NCBI RefSeq assembly: GCF_964204645.1
Contig: NC_134029.1
Coordinates: 3,596,001-3,660,000 of the forward strand
Source of the DNA: Tubulanus polymorphus
Taxonomy: Eukaryota; Animalia; Nemertea
Direction: 5' to 3'
Length of the DNA stretch: 64,000 nt
Part shown: positions 13,675 to 38,811 of the stretch, one piece after another
How the letters are laid out: every line of letters starts with the position of its first letter
Position numbering within the stretch: the stretch's first letter is position 1
Program-made: the position numbers and the translations under genes
Notes under the pieces: model-generated
Seen by the model: the letters and a program-made list of their open reading frames with translations, nothing else
What the model was told of the DNA's origin: nothing
Database searches by the model: none

Positions 13675-13908
13675 TTTGATACTGAAACGGATAAAAACAG
13701 AGGATGTAGGCTTCATATATTCACTTGGATCAGGAGCAACAATTTCATTTTCATCAGCCCAAATATCTTTTATTCTAAGGCTTAAAGGATAAATCTATGG
13801 TTAAATGAAACGAATGAATGAATGTCATAATGTATCATCTTGTTTCGTGACTTAAAATATTCGGATTATTGCATCAAAAAGCGATATAAAATCATCGATA
13901 ATACTCAC

Positions 13909-13943
13909 GATAGGCGATCCGAGATTATAACCGGAAAAGGAAG
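13909..13943 (-). promoter_or_regulatory. RPL36: RPL36 non-coding first exon starting with a 5'TOP/TCT polypyrimidine tract
   Basis: Minus strand CTTCCTTTTCCGG at 13943-13931 followed by a GTGAGT donor at 13908; acceptor TTTCAG just upstream of the ATG. Typical of ribosomal protein genes. Confidence 0.7.
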
Positions 13944-14261
13944 TCGCAAATTTCTGAAAACAGACTTGCCGTCACCGAAAACAATTCAATACAAATACAT
14001 ACTGCATTTTGTGGAATTACAATACTGTAGATAAAAACTCCATTCTAATCATCATACTTGATACATAAGCATTTTTTCTCATGAATTTATATATAGTGGA
14101 TTTAAGTCTTATTTCACTACATGTTGGGATTAAGAGAAGGGTGACTCCGAGACTTCCGATTGGAGCCCTACCTTAATCTTCATAGTACTGTGGAGCCGGC
14201 GCAAATTTAGAAAATTTTCTTGTAGCCTAAATTATTTCCCTGGAAAAAATATAAAAAGTGG

Positions 14262-26407
<12,146 letters not shown>

Positions 26408-26723
26408 GAGATGATGTCAGACATTACGTGTATTTTGTGATCGGGTCATAGTGCGATTTTTGTGTAAAAAGTTTCCTTTTGTTAATAAAACTATTTATTA
26501 TTTACAAAATCGTGTTATTTCAATTGATTATTTTGTTTACTTTGTGTGTAAGATATATTCTGGTGCGGGATCTAATAATAGTAGAAGTTTATGAGGCTGT
26601 ATTTGTTTTATGGTGAAGATTGACAAATGCCAATTTGAACCTCTTTAGATTTCGCGGGGTTTGACAAATGGCCGAGTCAACCAATCATCGAAACCCAATT
26701 CCCTTAGCGCTAAAAAAAATTGC

Positions 26724-26845
26724 TGGCAGCACTGTACGGTCCCCTAGCGGAAGTTCTGTGAACTAACGTAATACTTCGGACAACCACTCTCAAAGTACTA
26801 CGTTAGTTCACAGAAATTCCGCTAGGGGACCGTACGGTGCTGCCA
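26724..26845. repeat. Near-perfect inverted repeat (about 53-bp arms) between BLM and nocturnin
   Basis: TGGCAGCACTGTACGGTCCCCTAGCGGAAGTTCTGTGAACTAACGTAATACTT pairs with its reverse complement with few mismatches and a loop of about 15 nt. Confidence 0.85.
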
Positions 26846-27403
26846 CCAAGTTCACGGAACCAAACATTGTGTATTTGACAGAATCCAGGAAGTAAACAGA
26901 GAAATATATATAACCTCGTGTTATTTCATTAGTTTGATTCGTTTTCATTACAAATTGTGTAAGTTGTTTTATTTGGGGACCAAGCGATCTCATCAGCATT
27001 GCTCAGTCTTCACCCAGTCCTGGTAGTGGTTGTCTCCACAGAGATCTCCGTCGCTCTACCTACGAACGAATTCTAAGTGGCTAAACCATCTGTGGTACAT
27101 CAGACACTAAGCAGGTTCTTGGTGAAGGCTCAGTCTATTGTATCGAGTCAATTGATAGCCTAACGGGGATTTTAGATTCTTTGCAAAAAAGATAGAAAGC
27201 AAATTAATTAATTTTTCAGTAGGCAACACCACGTACGTACTAAAAACTAGTTTAGTTAGCTAATCGACTCGTTGGTGATAAGCTTTTGTAATCGGATAGG
27301 CTTGTTAGAAACTAAACTACTAACTGACTTACCTAACAACTGCTCATGTGTCTTTTCTCTCTTTGTAATAGGTGATAAAACTGACTGATCTCATTGATAG
27401 AAA

Positions 27404-28829
27404 ATGGATAAAAACCAATCAACATCGGTAGATTTCACTGAAACCTACACGAATTCACAGTTACTCGGTTCAGTGAAGAAAATTCTTGTCAACGAAGCGT
27501 CGCCTTTAATCAGAGACTTCATACACTGCAATCCTGCTGCTGTAGAACAGGACAAATCAGCACAGCAGTCTCAACTCATTAGAGTGATGCAATGGAACCT
27601 GTTAGCTCAAGGTATTTCCTACAATCTGCTGTAGGCCTATGTACTATCATAATGGGAAACCTCAATGCTATTGAGGCAATTGGGGTTTCAATTTATGGCA
27701 AGCAATGATCCACCACCAGGTGTCACTAGGAGTAACTCTGTTTTATGCATTCGATTTCTCCTACATTGCAGTTAAACTCGAATGAATTTTTCTCTTACAT
27801 AAATCAATTAATGAAAATCATACCAATCACTGAGTAGAGTAATGGTGGGTCGGAATTTGGGAGTCTGTAAATGAAGTTAGCTGATAGATTATGAGTTTAT
27901 CTTATATAGGACTTGAATGCTCCGGTGGGATAGCTGGTGTTGAGGATCGCTATTAGCACCACTGGACACTACTCTAAGAGAATGTTTTATGAATTGTAGC
28001 TTTATGCGGTGCCGATGATAACTTTGTGCGATGTCCACCAGAAGCGTTGAAGTGGAAATCGAGAAAATGGAAAATTCTTCGCGAGATTCTCACGTATGAT
28101 CCTGACGTGATCGCTTTACAAGAAGTCGATCATTTTGATTTTCTCGAACGCGCGTTGAATTCGGTCGGCTACTCGGGAACGTTCGAACCGAAGCCCGATT
28201 CACCGTGTCTATACGTCGCGGGTAACGACGGTCCAGACGGTTGCGCTCTGTTTTATAAACGCGATAAATTCGAAGCGGTCGATCGCGCGTTCGTGACGTT
28301 AGCGCCCGATCATCCGATCGCGAACCAGGTGGCGCTCTGTTATAAACTACGAACCGTCGACGACGGCTACGAATTCGTCGTTACGACTACGCACTTCAAA
28401 GCGAAAAACGGTCATGACGCCCTTCGTTTGCTCGAGGCGAAACACGTCGTTAGTTATTTGAAAGAAAATTATGCAGATCTGCCGTTAGTTATCTGCGGTG
28501 ACCTGAATGCCCCGCCATCGGAGGACGCGTATAAATACATGATGAATAACGCGCTACTCGATCTGGATAGCGCGTATATCAAACTTAAAAACGATGGCGC
28601 GGAACCCGATTATACGACGTGGAAAATACGCCAAGAAGGTAAAACAGAGAGAACGTCGTGTAAGACGATCGATTACGTGTTCTATTCGCGCGAACGAATC
28701 GTTATTAAATCGTTGTTGAAAATGTCGACGGATGTTGAAATCGGGCCGGATAGATTACCATCGGTGAAATACCCGTCTGATCACTTCGCATTAGTCACCG
28801 ATCTAGTTATACTATCAAACTCGCTTTGA
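27404..28829 (+). CDS. NOCT: Nocturnin (EEP-family NADP(H) 2'-phosphatase)
   Basis: Exons 27404-27611 (IRVMQWNLLAQ) and 28000-28829 (ALC..DNFVRCPPEALKW, LQEVDHF, PKPDSPC..GPDGCALFY, TTHFKAK, CGDLN, YTTWKIR, TIDYVFYS, YPSDH). Confidence 0.95.
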
Positions 28830-30076
28830 AAGTTGTTGTAGCTGGGACGATTGTTAAGTCGACGACTTGCACTTAGGACTTCAGAATAGTGATAACATAT
28901 CTGATGATTACTCAACCCAGAGTTTGACATATGGTCATTGGTAAAGGGGCTGATTGCTCAAAAGTTAGTTAAGCCCTTATGTGCTGTTAAATCACCGATT
29001 GTGTCATTAACGACTGGTTTAAATTAATCAGCTTTTTTTAAGCAACTAGCCCAAGAATGTAGCGTGTTCTAATATGACAGTCATAAGTTTATAATACACC
29101 GGTAATATAATGCACCACTACTTAGTATCGTAGTCTATTGTATTTGCAGTGTCTTTCAGTCAGTAGATATCGAGGTTGTTAACTACTAATAGTAGAATAA
29201 AGCACGGGTTTATACACAAGTTCACTTTCTTCACATTTCATCTCATTCCTTTTGTTTTGATTCCAAGTACAGGATCTGGTCCATAGTTAGGGTGTAGAGT
29301 TAAATCAGACGAGTCGGTAGCCAAGTCCTCAGTCAAGCATATGTCATGATGGAAGTTGGCCGGATAAGCGTCTGAAGTTTTCATTGGCAGATGATCATAG
29401 GGCAGAGTCCTCAAAGAATTGAGATAATTTAAATCACAGTCGAACTAAAATAAGAACAATTCTAGTCTAGACGGAACAAATTTATTATCATTGCCATAAA
29501 AACGTTTACATTATTAAGGAAGAGTCAAGCTGGGAAGAGACAGAATTTCATAAGATTTAGTTCAAATTGAAAAATATTTTTCGACAACAAACTCGTGTAG
29601 ATATAACTTTTCTTCAAATTCAACTTTTGAGAATAGATTATGAAATACGTCATTGTGTCAACAGTTTGAAGGTCATAAAATACATACATGATCACCTTGA
29701 TTCTTAAATGCTTCCATTTTATAAACTTACAAATATAGAAACAATCTAAATTTTTTAACAACTGGTCAGTAATCTTTAATAATGCCTGATCAACGACGCA
29801 CTGGTGAACTTCAATATTTTTTCAAATATCCATAGCATTTGTTACAAGCAATTCAAGCGAATAAATCAAATAATTTCAGCTAAGTTTGTAATTTTTCTTT
29901 TCAAAATCAAATTATGATATGATAACTTCACAAGAAATTACACATTAACAACATTGCATCATTACAGGACTCGCATGAAGAGCTGATATAACCGAAAATA
30001 GGAAAATTTGCTGTCGATTTTGTTTATAAGATGTGAACGACTTGAAATTTGTGCACTGCGAGATATTGCACTTCTG

Positions 30077-30166
30077 GAGCCCGTTCCACAATTATAAGTT
30101 GAAGATTTGACTAAATGAACTGTTGCAACTCTAGTCTAACTTAACCCAGAACCGTGGAACCGGCTC
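30077..30166. mobile_element. Small MITE flanked by CWG; related elements at about 35669-35777 and 28946-29052
   Basis: TIRs GAGCCCGTTCCACA / CGTGGAACCGGCTC flanked by CTG and CAG. Confidence 0.55.
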
Positions 30167-31311
30167 CAGGATTTCAATGGCCAGCGTTGATTAGTGAGAC
30201 AGCATGTTTAAATCAACAGTAACCTCAACTTACAGTCGAGTCTGTGTCATACATTTAACATGAGCTGTTCAAGATTAAGCTCGATTTGAGGTCTCCAACA
30301 AGTGTCCATCTAATGATCTTTTCTTATATAAATTATCACTAATTCACAAATTAGACAATCATTCAGCTATGGCTACATTTTTGTCAAAGCAGTTTAAGTC
30401 TACTATGACCAGTTAATTATGTTTCAACCGCCACAGGCTCATGAAAATGCTTTGAAAAATATGACCAATGTCTGCAAATAAGAACTTCAAACCATTTCTA
30501 ATCAATCGCTACAGTTTATATGGTAACATACACAGCTAATAAACACCTAGTTTACTATCAGTTATTATGTTTAAACATTTTGTAGCTACCGATGGCTATA
30601 AATATCATATCATATCATAAACATTCATAGCAGCAAATAGAAGTTTCAAGATAATGTATAGATAATACATAAGGACGGACGTCTCGCCCGAGATAATTAC
30701 CGATACCGATATTACCCGGATAGGTATCCCCTTTATTAGAAAAATAATATAAACAAATCATATTCATCAACCGTAAATAGTTTTTATTCACAAACTTCTC
30801 TTTTTTCATAAAATATACTTTTTTGATTAATTGGACGTTTTTCGTTAGTTGTGAACCTTAAAGAGTTCTCCCGATATGAATCAATGCATTCAGAGACTGA
30901 AGAAAAAGTAGATTAATATGATGGCACGAGATGTCTTATTTCATTGGGTTCTTAAGATTGATAGACCCGAAATTAGTATTCATGGGTGTGACTACATTTT
31001 GGCTTAAAAGCAGGAGCAGCTTTTCTACTTATTATTGATAATATAATATTTGAAGTGTAGCTTTTGAGTTCCATGATTTCGTGACTTATCATACTATTGT
31101 AGACGCGAAAGAAAAACAATCATTTTGGGCCAAGGGTCATTCATATATAAACATTTAACAAAATACAGTTGTTGATAAATCGTAAAACAAAAATTACATT
31201 CATTAATTACTTTATGTATCATCATTAGCTTTTAAATGAAGCGTTATAATATAACGTAGACGCGGGTGGTGTCGTCGTAGTATCATCAGAAATGTTGCCA
31301 AGCGCTTTATA

Positions 31312-34300
31312 CTATTCTTCGATGCTACGACAAAGACAAATTGAGAAAATCATTGCCATCAGCTGAAAATATACAAACAAAACTGTTTTAACATTAAGTC
31401 CATCTGCGAGGTTCGTTAGTGGTTTCTCATTTACCACACTTCAATTTCTTCTACTTTAAATTCGAATCAATTTATCAATCAATTAGTTTAATCAATTGAC
31501 ACTGAAATCTTTACCATAAACTGAGAAACTGAATCATATATCTATTCAATGACTTGTTTGATAATATTTGGATTTGGAAGCCTAAAATTCAAGTTCCTCA
31601 GTGAAATTTCAACCCAGTGTATTATTGTGCCATCTGGTGGTGCGTGCAACCAGGACCTCGTTTCAAACAGTATCTGGCCTAATTCAATCTTTTGAATACT
31701 GGTATGTCTGGTCAAAGCTGAACAATAATAGCTGGTAAACTCCAGCTACATGCAAATTGATTACCGCTGAATCATCTTGAATGTTATGCGAATCATTAGC
31801 GATTAGAACATGCATGAGAAAGCTGGTGTTAAACTGCGTGGGATACACTAACAATATCAAGAATCAAGTTCGAATTTCGTGTGTCCTCATTCATCGATAA
31901 TACTAGCAGTTAGCAGACCTCATAAATATCTTACCAGGAACACATATATTTTATCAGGTATTTAAAGAAAACTATTTATTTTTCAGCAGGATGATGAGCC
32001 TTTCCAGACAACAGGTCTAAAGGGTCTACAGTGAGACCATGATTTTGCAACAGATTTTCGAAGCACAATTATTAGAAAGCAGGTGTATTAATCGAATCTT
32101 TGTTAGCTGAAAAAACTTCTGATTACGTGCATCTTCAATTAGTGTCCAACTTTATCTCAACTGCCAGACATTGCAATATCAACCAGCCTTATTATCTTTA
32201 AGCTGGTTCAATAGATGTCACCATATAAAATCCTTTAATCATAATATTGCTACTTAAATTAGGGAGCGTTTGACAACCTAAGCATAATGACATCGCTACG
32301 TCTGTCTTAACCCTCTCAGCGCGTCTACACCACAATGCGGTGTATGAATCGGTGGACTTTGCTAGCACACCGCATTGCGGTGTATTGATGTAATTAGTTT
32401 TTATCTCTATTGAAAGATGGCAGCACCTGTCAAACATAGTGAAATATTAGTAACTAACAATATAACCGCGCCGCGGTGTATACACACTTTAGTGGTATTC
32501 CCGTTATTCAACACACTAGGGTGGAATTTTTCAAATTATCTCCAGCACTATAGGGTATTGATTAGTCAGCACTGAAAGGGTTAAATAGCCAAATTTCCAG
32601 TACATATTGAAACAATTGATCGATAAGACGGTTAGGCATGACCTACTCTCCTCGACGCTTTCACTGAAGCGAGGATATTAAGTCCAGTAATTAGGAAATG
32701 AGGACAGATTGTTGTGAGGATATGTAATGTAATCCATTTTTGCATCCAACAGTTTTCGACAAAGTATTTACATCTTTTAAAGAACAGTGCCCCCTATGAG
32801 AAAAATTCTTCAACCCGACCCCTGTATGAATGTAGTAGATAATTTCTTTTTGAAGGCTCCCTTTCAAATTAATAATATTATAATTATGGGGATCTCAAGA
32901 AGACATCTTTCTAGTTAAATAGCACGAAAGTCTACTTACCAGTACAGACTAGCTCGGGGAATATAATTTGCTTGTGACAGATGAAGGGTTAGTAAGTAAT
33001 GAGACACGCTGATTGCTTATTTCGAAAGAGATTGAAGTGAATGTTTAGAGAATTCGACAATAACAACGAAAAAATATTCAGTCAGAAAATATTTTCTCGA
33101 GTTACTAGTAGTAGTTTATTCAACATTTCGACTAAGCTTAAAAATTCTAACATTCATCTTCAGGAATACAGAGAATTGAATTAGAGTTGGAATGTTGAAT
33201 AAAATTCGGACTTTACATCATTTCTTCGTTATCATTATGGGATTCTCTATACATTATCATCATAACAGTAACACGGATATAGTGTTTTATCAATTGTTAG
33301 ATCGAAGTGATGTTTAGTCGAATATAGAATTTTGAAACTGGCACGCATTGTTCATATGATACTGTGCTATTCAGTGCCGTGCTCGCAGCAGCCACGAGGA
33401 TATGAAAATAACAGAAAAAATTATATTTTATGACCACACCTCTGCAACTTATGCCTGGTAATCATCTTGTATAGACCGACACAGGCAAATTGCGAATATC
33501 ATTGCCAACAACTGCAAAACAAAAATCAGCCAATCGAAGATGATCAGTGATTGTGCGCAAAGAAATAAATCAGGTATCAACCACAAAAGACTAACAGTGT
33601 TCTCCCCATGGGGTTTTAGAGGGGCAGCTACCCGTCATTTCTAGTCAGCGCTCTGAATATCAACCAACCCTGTTAGAAAATCAGCTGCCTTTACACATGA
33701 ATTGACGTCAATGTTTTGAACAGAAGTGAATGAAAGCAGCAGATTACACAGCAACTTAACTTACAGTCTACCGAAAACATTCAGCATTGACAATGTTACA
33801 CTAAATAATGAATAAAGCCCCTCCAATATCCCAGCATATGGATAACACTGCTAGCTACTTGAAATAATCTTTTCAAATAGGTATCAAACATTTATCAGCA
33901 CATAACACATTGAATGGAGTCTTAGTGACTGAAATCATGAAGTCTTAGTGACTGAAAATGTTTACTTACCATTAGCAAGGCAATACCAATCCCAACACCG
34001 GCAACAATAGGAATGTTATCCTCAATGGTTTTCACGACAGCGCTGTAGCAGCCCTAGTAGAAAAGTAAGGTGGGAAAATGAGTGAAAACAATGACAGAAT
34101 AGGATAGAAATTTTCAATACAAAAGACAGATATAAGTCGAAATAATGCACCAGCCAGCCAACCAATCATATCCATAGTCTCTAAACTCCAGCCATATTCT
34201 CTAATATTCATATGCACTATTCCGACTGAATAAATTTGACATGGACCAGACTTTTATCAGTTCATTCCTGAAAACACAAAAAATGTCTTACCATTTCATT

Positions 34301-36867
34301 CAGGTTTGGATTTTTAACTGTATTAGGATAATGTCTTGGTGCAGCATTCGCTGCATCTGTCTTTCCGGTACAGGAATCAATAGTCGTGTTAGATTTCAAT
34401 GCTTCACTTGTACAGCATGATTTCGGAACATACATGTGATTACCTGAAAAAAGCGTTGTATGCAGCTTATTAGTGGATACGTGAATAGTAGACTGTCCAA
34501 CTCGGATAACCGTTCAAATCGCATATTTTTTCTAAATATTATTTGTCACACTATATAAAATAATTGCCCATGGGCCATAGAGGTTTACCACAGCCTTATG
34601 CAATGGAGAGATGAGATGATCTAATGTAGTTCTAAATATATCAGAAAGCGAAATACAGATGCAATTGGTGTGATATATAAGCAATTACATTGTTGAGAAT
34701 TATCGGTCCCCGTAAGAGAAATGGTCTGTGGCAGCTGCACGACTTGAACCCATTGTTGCTAGGAGGATTTTGGTTACATAATGGATCAATGATGGGGAGT
34801 TATGAGTTTTGATGAAAAATTACTTACTCGAACCAGCAGCCATTTTTTGTTCCTTATACCAATCAGAAGCACTCCACGCATACCAAGATGAATTTGATTG
34901 GTATCCGCCTTCCATTCCACAGCAAGTAAACTAAGTTCAAAACATAAATAAAGATTGAAATAATGCGTCATACCAATACTTTAAATAGCGATATTCCATT
35001 CGTCCACTTACAAGTGTCTGAAAAGCGTTCCATGCATCTGTGGCAGCTAGGTTAGTCTTGTTATTAGCTGTGTCAATACCGTATTGCTTCAACATCGACT
35101 TACTCATTTCCTCCTTCAATATCGTGACTGCCTGATAAGAAAAACGTCACAAAATAAATGTTTTCATCATTGAACCGGTATAAACAAAGCTAGTCTTCAT
35201 TCATCGAAATGGAAAATTCTAATATCAGCAGACTGCTATGAATGTAAGCCAGGTTTTGATTGCTAACATTTTCCAGTTCAGGAATAGCAATTTCAGTTTT
35301 CGAAAAATTCTCCACTGGACGCTTCCACAAGGTTTACAGATTATCCTATTCCGCAATAGGTAGAGCATATTCTGGTCTAAATGAACGCACCAGAAGAAAA
35401 TTCGGGAGACCAATCGAAAATTGCTTTATATTAGATAAGAAGATGATGTTCGAAAACTGGCTGTTGGAATATCTTTCTCCAAGTGAAAAGCTGGCTACAT
35501 TGTGGACTGTATTTGTGATCAGGTTTGAGGACATGGGCTACAGATTTGAGCAAGGAACGATATGAAAATATTCCCAATTGACAATAGCTACTGGCAGAGA
35601 TCAGATCAGTGAACTCTTTTCCCACATCCCCACAATATTGGCTATTTTCATACACAAAAAAATACCAGGGACCAGTTGCTCTTAAGTTGGTGACAAGATA
35701 TAGTGACAATCAAAATATCATTGCTGCTTATCCGCCGGATATCTGACATCTTTAACCAGCTTTTGGGCAACTGGCTCCTGGATATTTCACATTTTTCGCA
35801 TCAGACTCCTGTACTGGATAAGCGCGACGGCTTATGACTTCATGCATACATACTTTGTTCTTGAAAACGACAGCGAGAATTCCTCCGACGAGCAAAATGA
35901 TGAAAATCAAGAACAACAAGGCAAAGAACTGAAAATATGATTGAAACGAACATACATTAAACCATTGAACTACCGGGTATTCAAATGAGACAGTAATTTA
36001 AGCAGATTTCAAATATCAGATACCGGTAGGTATACCGTGTAGTTATTTCTATTTTTAATAATTCACATTAACGTAGCCTTGGTGTTAGTATTCTATTTTG
36101 CTACATGGCAGATTACTGACTGGTTATGTAATAAGAAAGTTTCACTTTTTTTTAATACAAGTTGTTGAAAAATGGGAGAAACATGAACGCTTCTTCCAAC
36201 AGCGCCATTCCAGAAATATCTACTTAATTTTTTTGTGCGTGTCTGACAAAAATAACCTCATCTACACCATCAAAGAGTAGAGTAGTTACACATACCGTTC
36301 CGAGCATACACTTGCTCTCCTTGATCGCGCCACAACATCCGAGGAATCCGAGAATGAGTACGATAGCACCGCACGCGATCAGCAAATACCCAGCCGTTTT
36401 ATACATGTTCATCTGAAGCATGGCGCCGATATGCTCGATCGCGCCGGGGTCGGCGATTATCCATATTCCCACTCCGAGCACCGCTGCACCACCGATCTGC
36501 AAAAATTGATAATAATTTTAAGCCAAAATCTCATGAACACTTTTATCAGAAACGCTAGTTTTCGGTGGCGGCATCTACAATACATTGGATGCTTAACCAG
36601 TACAAGTAAATTGTTTTTGCCTGCCATATTAATTTCTCACTACCCTCATGCCCCTCACATGAAAGTAAATTCACTGCTATCTAAAGATTATGAAAAAGAA
36701 TTTCAATTCACCACCTGTAACGCCTGAAATAGTGGAACTATCTCTAATTACAGACATTGAATGACAATAAAGATATTTTGACGCTGGTACAAATTACTTA
36801 CGAAAATGAGGAAATTGAACAGAAACACCGCGTATTTCAGGAACTTGCCACAACCTTCGAGAGCCAT
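31312..36867 (-). CDS. Tetraspanin
   Basis: Exons 36867-36802 (MALEGCGKFLKYAVFLFNFLIF), 36496-36296 (..GFLGCCGAIKESKCML), 35928-35854, 35131-35012, 34930-34828 (FTCCG), 34443-34292 (VPKSCC), 34053-33970 (GCY..), last exon 31362-31312 (LMAMIFSICLCRSIEE*) or 33511-33449. Probable non-coding first exon ending at a GTAAGT donor near 41990. Confidence 0.93.
33449..33511 (-). CDS. Tetraspanin alternative (proximal) last exon LLAMIFAICLCRSIQDDYQA*
   Basis: TTTTGCAG acceptor, phase 0, clear paralogy to the distal last exon at 31362-31312. Confidence 0.8.
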   Translation of the reverse strand: MLAMIFAICLCRSIQDDYQA

Positions 36868-38498
36868 TATTCTCAATACTTATCGATCAGCAGATTACTG
36901 AAAATACAAAACATTCATTTAATTAGACCCTATTCATTTCTCACATCTAATGAATTGTACGAATCAAATCTACATAAGAACCCTAGGTTTTATGCCGATA
37001 TAAAAAAAGAAATTGACATCGTCAATGCCACGACCGACTTATATGAAGAACCATGGAATGTTAATAGAAAAATGGCGAGGTCAACTCAATCGGAATGCAA
37101 GCATTTATCAGTAGAATATAGGACTCTTCAGCAGCTCACAATATTGAATTCTACGTCTCATGGATCTAAGACGGATCCCAGTCCAAACCCTAGTTAGAAC
37201 AAAAACCCCAGAGCAATTCTCTTTTAAGTTGGACTGATAAAAAATCTGATTTTTCGAATGATAAATACCTTTCAAACACCAAAACAACCGAAGTCTTCGG
37301 GAGTGTTCAGTACAGTACGGTATAAATAATGTGTGGTATAACTTGACCTTAATTATATGGAAAACGCCTATGATTTCACTATACTGTCGCGCTATCGATC
37401 AATAGGTAATGCTATATATAAAATTCTAATACAGTCAATTTCTCGTGATTCAAAATACCGGTGTAGACATAGCCTACCTACTGTTGATATAAATAAAACT
37501 ATATAGAATTGATAAGGCCGAACTATATTTATATGTTTCCCCGAAAAACCTGTCACATTTTGAAATCTGTTTTCCATTCAACCATTAGATATTGCTGAAT
37601 CGAACTTGGTCACGTTTTTAAAAATCCCAACATAAAACTAGAGCAGTGATGCCTTCTTTGATTCTAGTTTACACTAACTCTCTACCAGCCGCTTCTCTCG
37701 GGGTTGCGGATTATACTTTATTGGAATCGGTAGAGCTTCGTCGGAACCTGCCTGAGCGAGAGATGGGAAATGCTGCACCCCCCACGAAATTGACCTTTTT
37801 GACCGAGTCATGATAATTGCTATGACACAATCTGCAAAACATACGGTGCTTTCCGCAATTCTGTACATGACTGAAATAATCATGGAATTCAAGCTACATA
37901 TAATCATTATGATAAGAGGTTTACACTTGCACTCATTCCATACTGCTGTATATTTAGACATTTCAAGCAGAATCAACAAACCGTTCTCAGATCGACGAAC
38001 CTTGACAGCAAACCTGAGAAAGTAATTCGATGATTAGCATAATAATAGCTCAATCAGCAGATAGATCGATTAATTCCGGAATTTTCACATTTTTCAAATC
38101 CTTGCAATCGGTTTTTCTTTTTAAACAAAAGAAAAAAACAACAACAACAAAAAAAAAAACCCTGGAATTTTGACGCATAACTTTTACAGATCTTACACTA
38201 ATAACATTTATCAAGCTTTCAATATTGATCATAATCTGGACAGATCATATTTCTTAAACTTTAACACAGCATGTACATAGACTTCAACGGTGTATGGTTT
38301 AGACAGGCGATCACGATACTTCGACAACCTTCTTAAATTTTTGACACATTTTCATGATTTTCAAATTTTTCAAAGCTCAATCACAAGAAAAAGCAATAGA
38401 CTGTAGCTACACATTGATATCTCAGTTGTTTCGCAGTAATTTCGACACGTGTCCAGGTTTGGTAAATCTTATCTCAAATCATGGTTTATGACCAGTAG

Positions 38499-38811
38499 CA
38501 TGGTTCCCAAAGTTATATGAATTCAAAATTCCCAAGTATTTCATGGGTGATTTTTCAATTTTCCCAAATGGACACACATTGTCATGCAACAGTCAACATT
38601 TTAGCGGTGACTGGTTGATAAAGGTGATTTTCTAGGGAAATTGCTGAAGAAAGTTGCCCTTGGCAAATGCAATATGTGATATGTAATGAATTTCCCAAGT
38701 ATTTCCCTGATTTTACGAAAATTTTTCAAATTCCCAAATATTTCCAAACCGGGAGTTATTATTTCAAAATTCCCAAGTTTTTCCCAATTTCCCTGTTCTG
38801 CGGGAACCATG
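38499..38811. mobile_element. Second copy of the CATGGTTCCC MITE, opposite orientation
   Basis: CATGGTTCCCAAAG...CTGCGGGAACCATG; flanks CAGTAG/CCGTAG; interior similar to the reverse complement of 19116-19358. Confidence 0.75.

Noticed and set aside
13690-13840. C/D snoRNA in RPL36 intron 1 (TGATGA..CTGA on the minus strand)
   Set aside because: Boxes are only about 20 nt apart, and I found no convincing terminal stem or rRNA guide.
36757-37197. 146-aa plus-strand ORF
   Set aside because: Antisense to tetraspanin exon 1 and intron, non-ATG start, no motifs.
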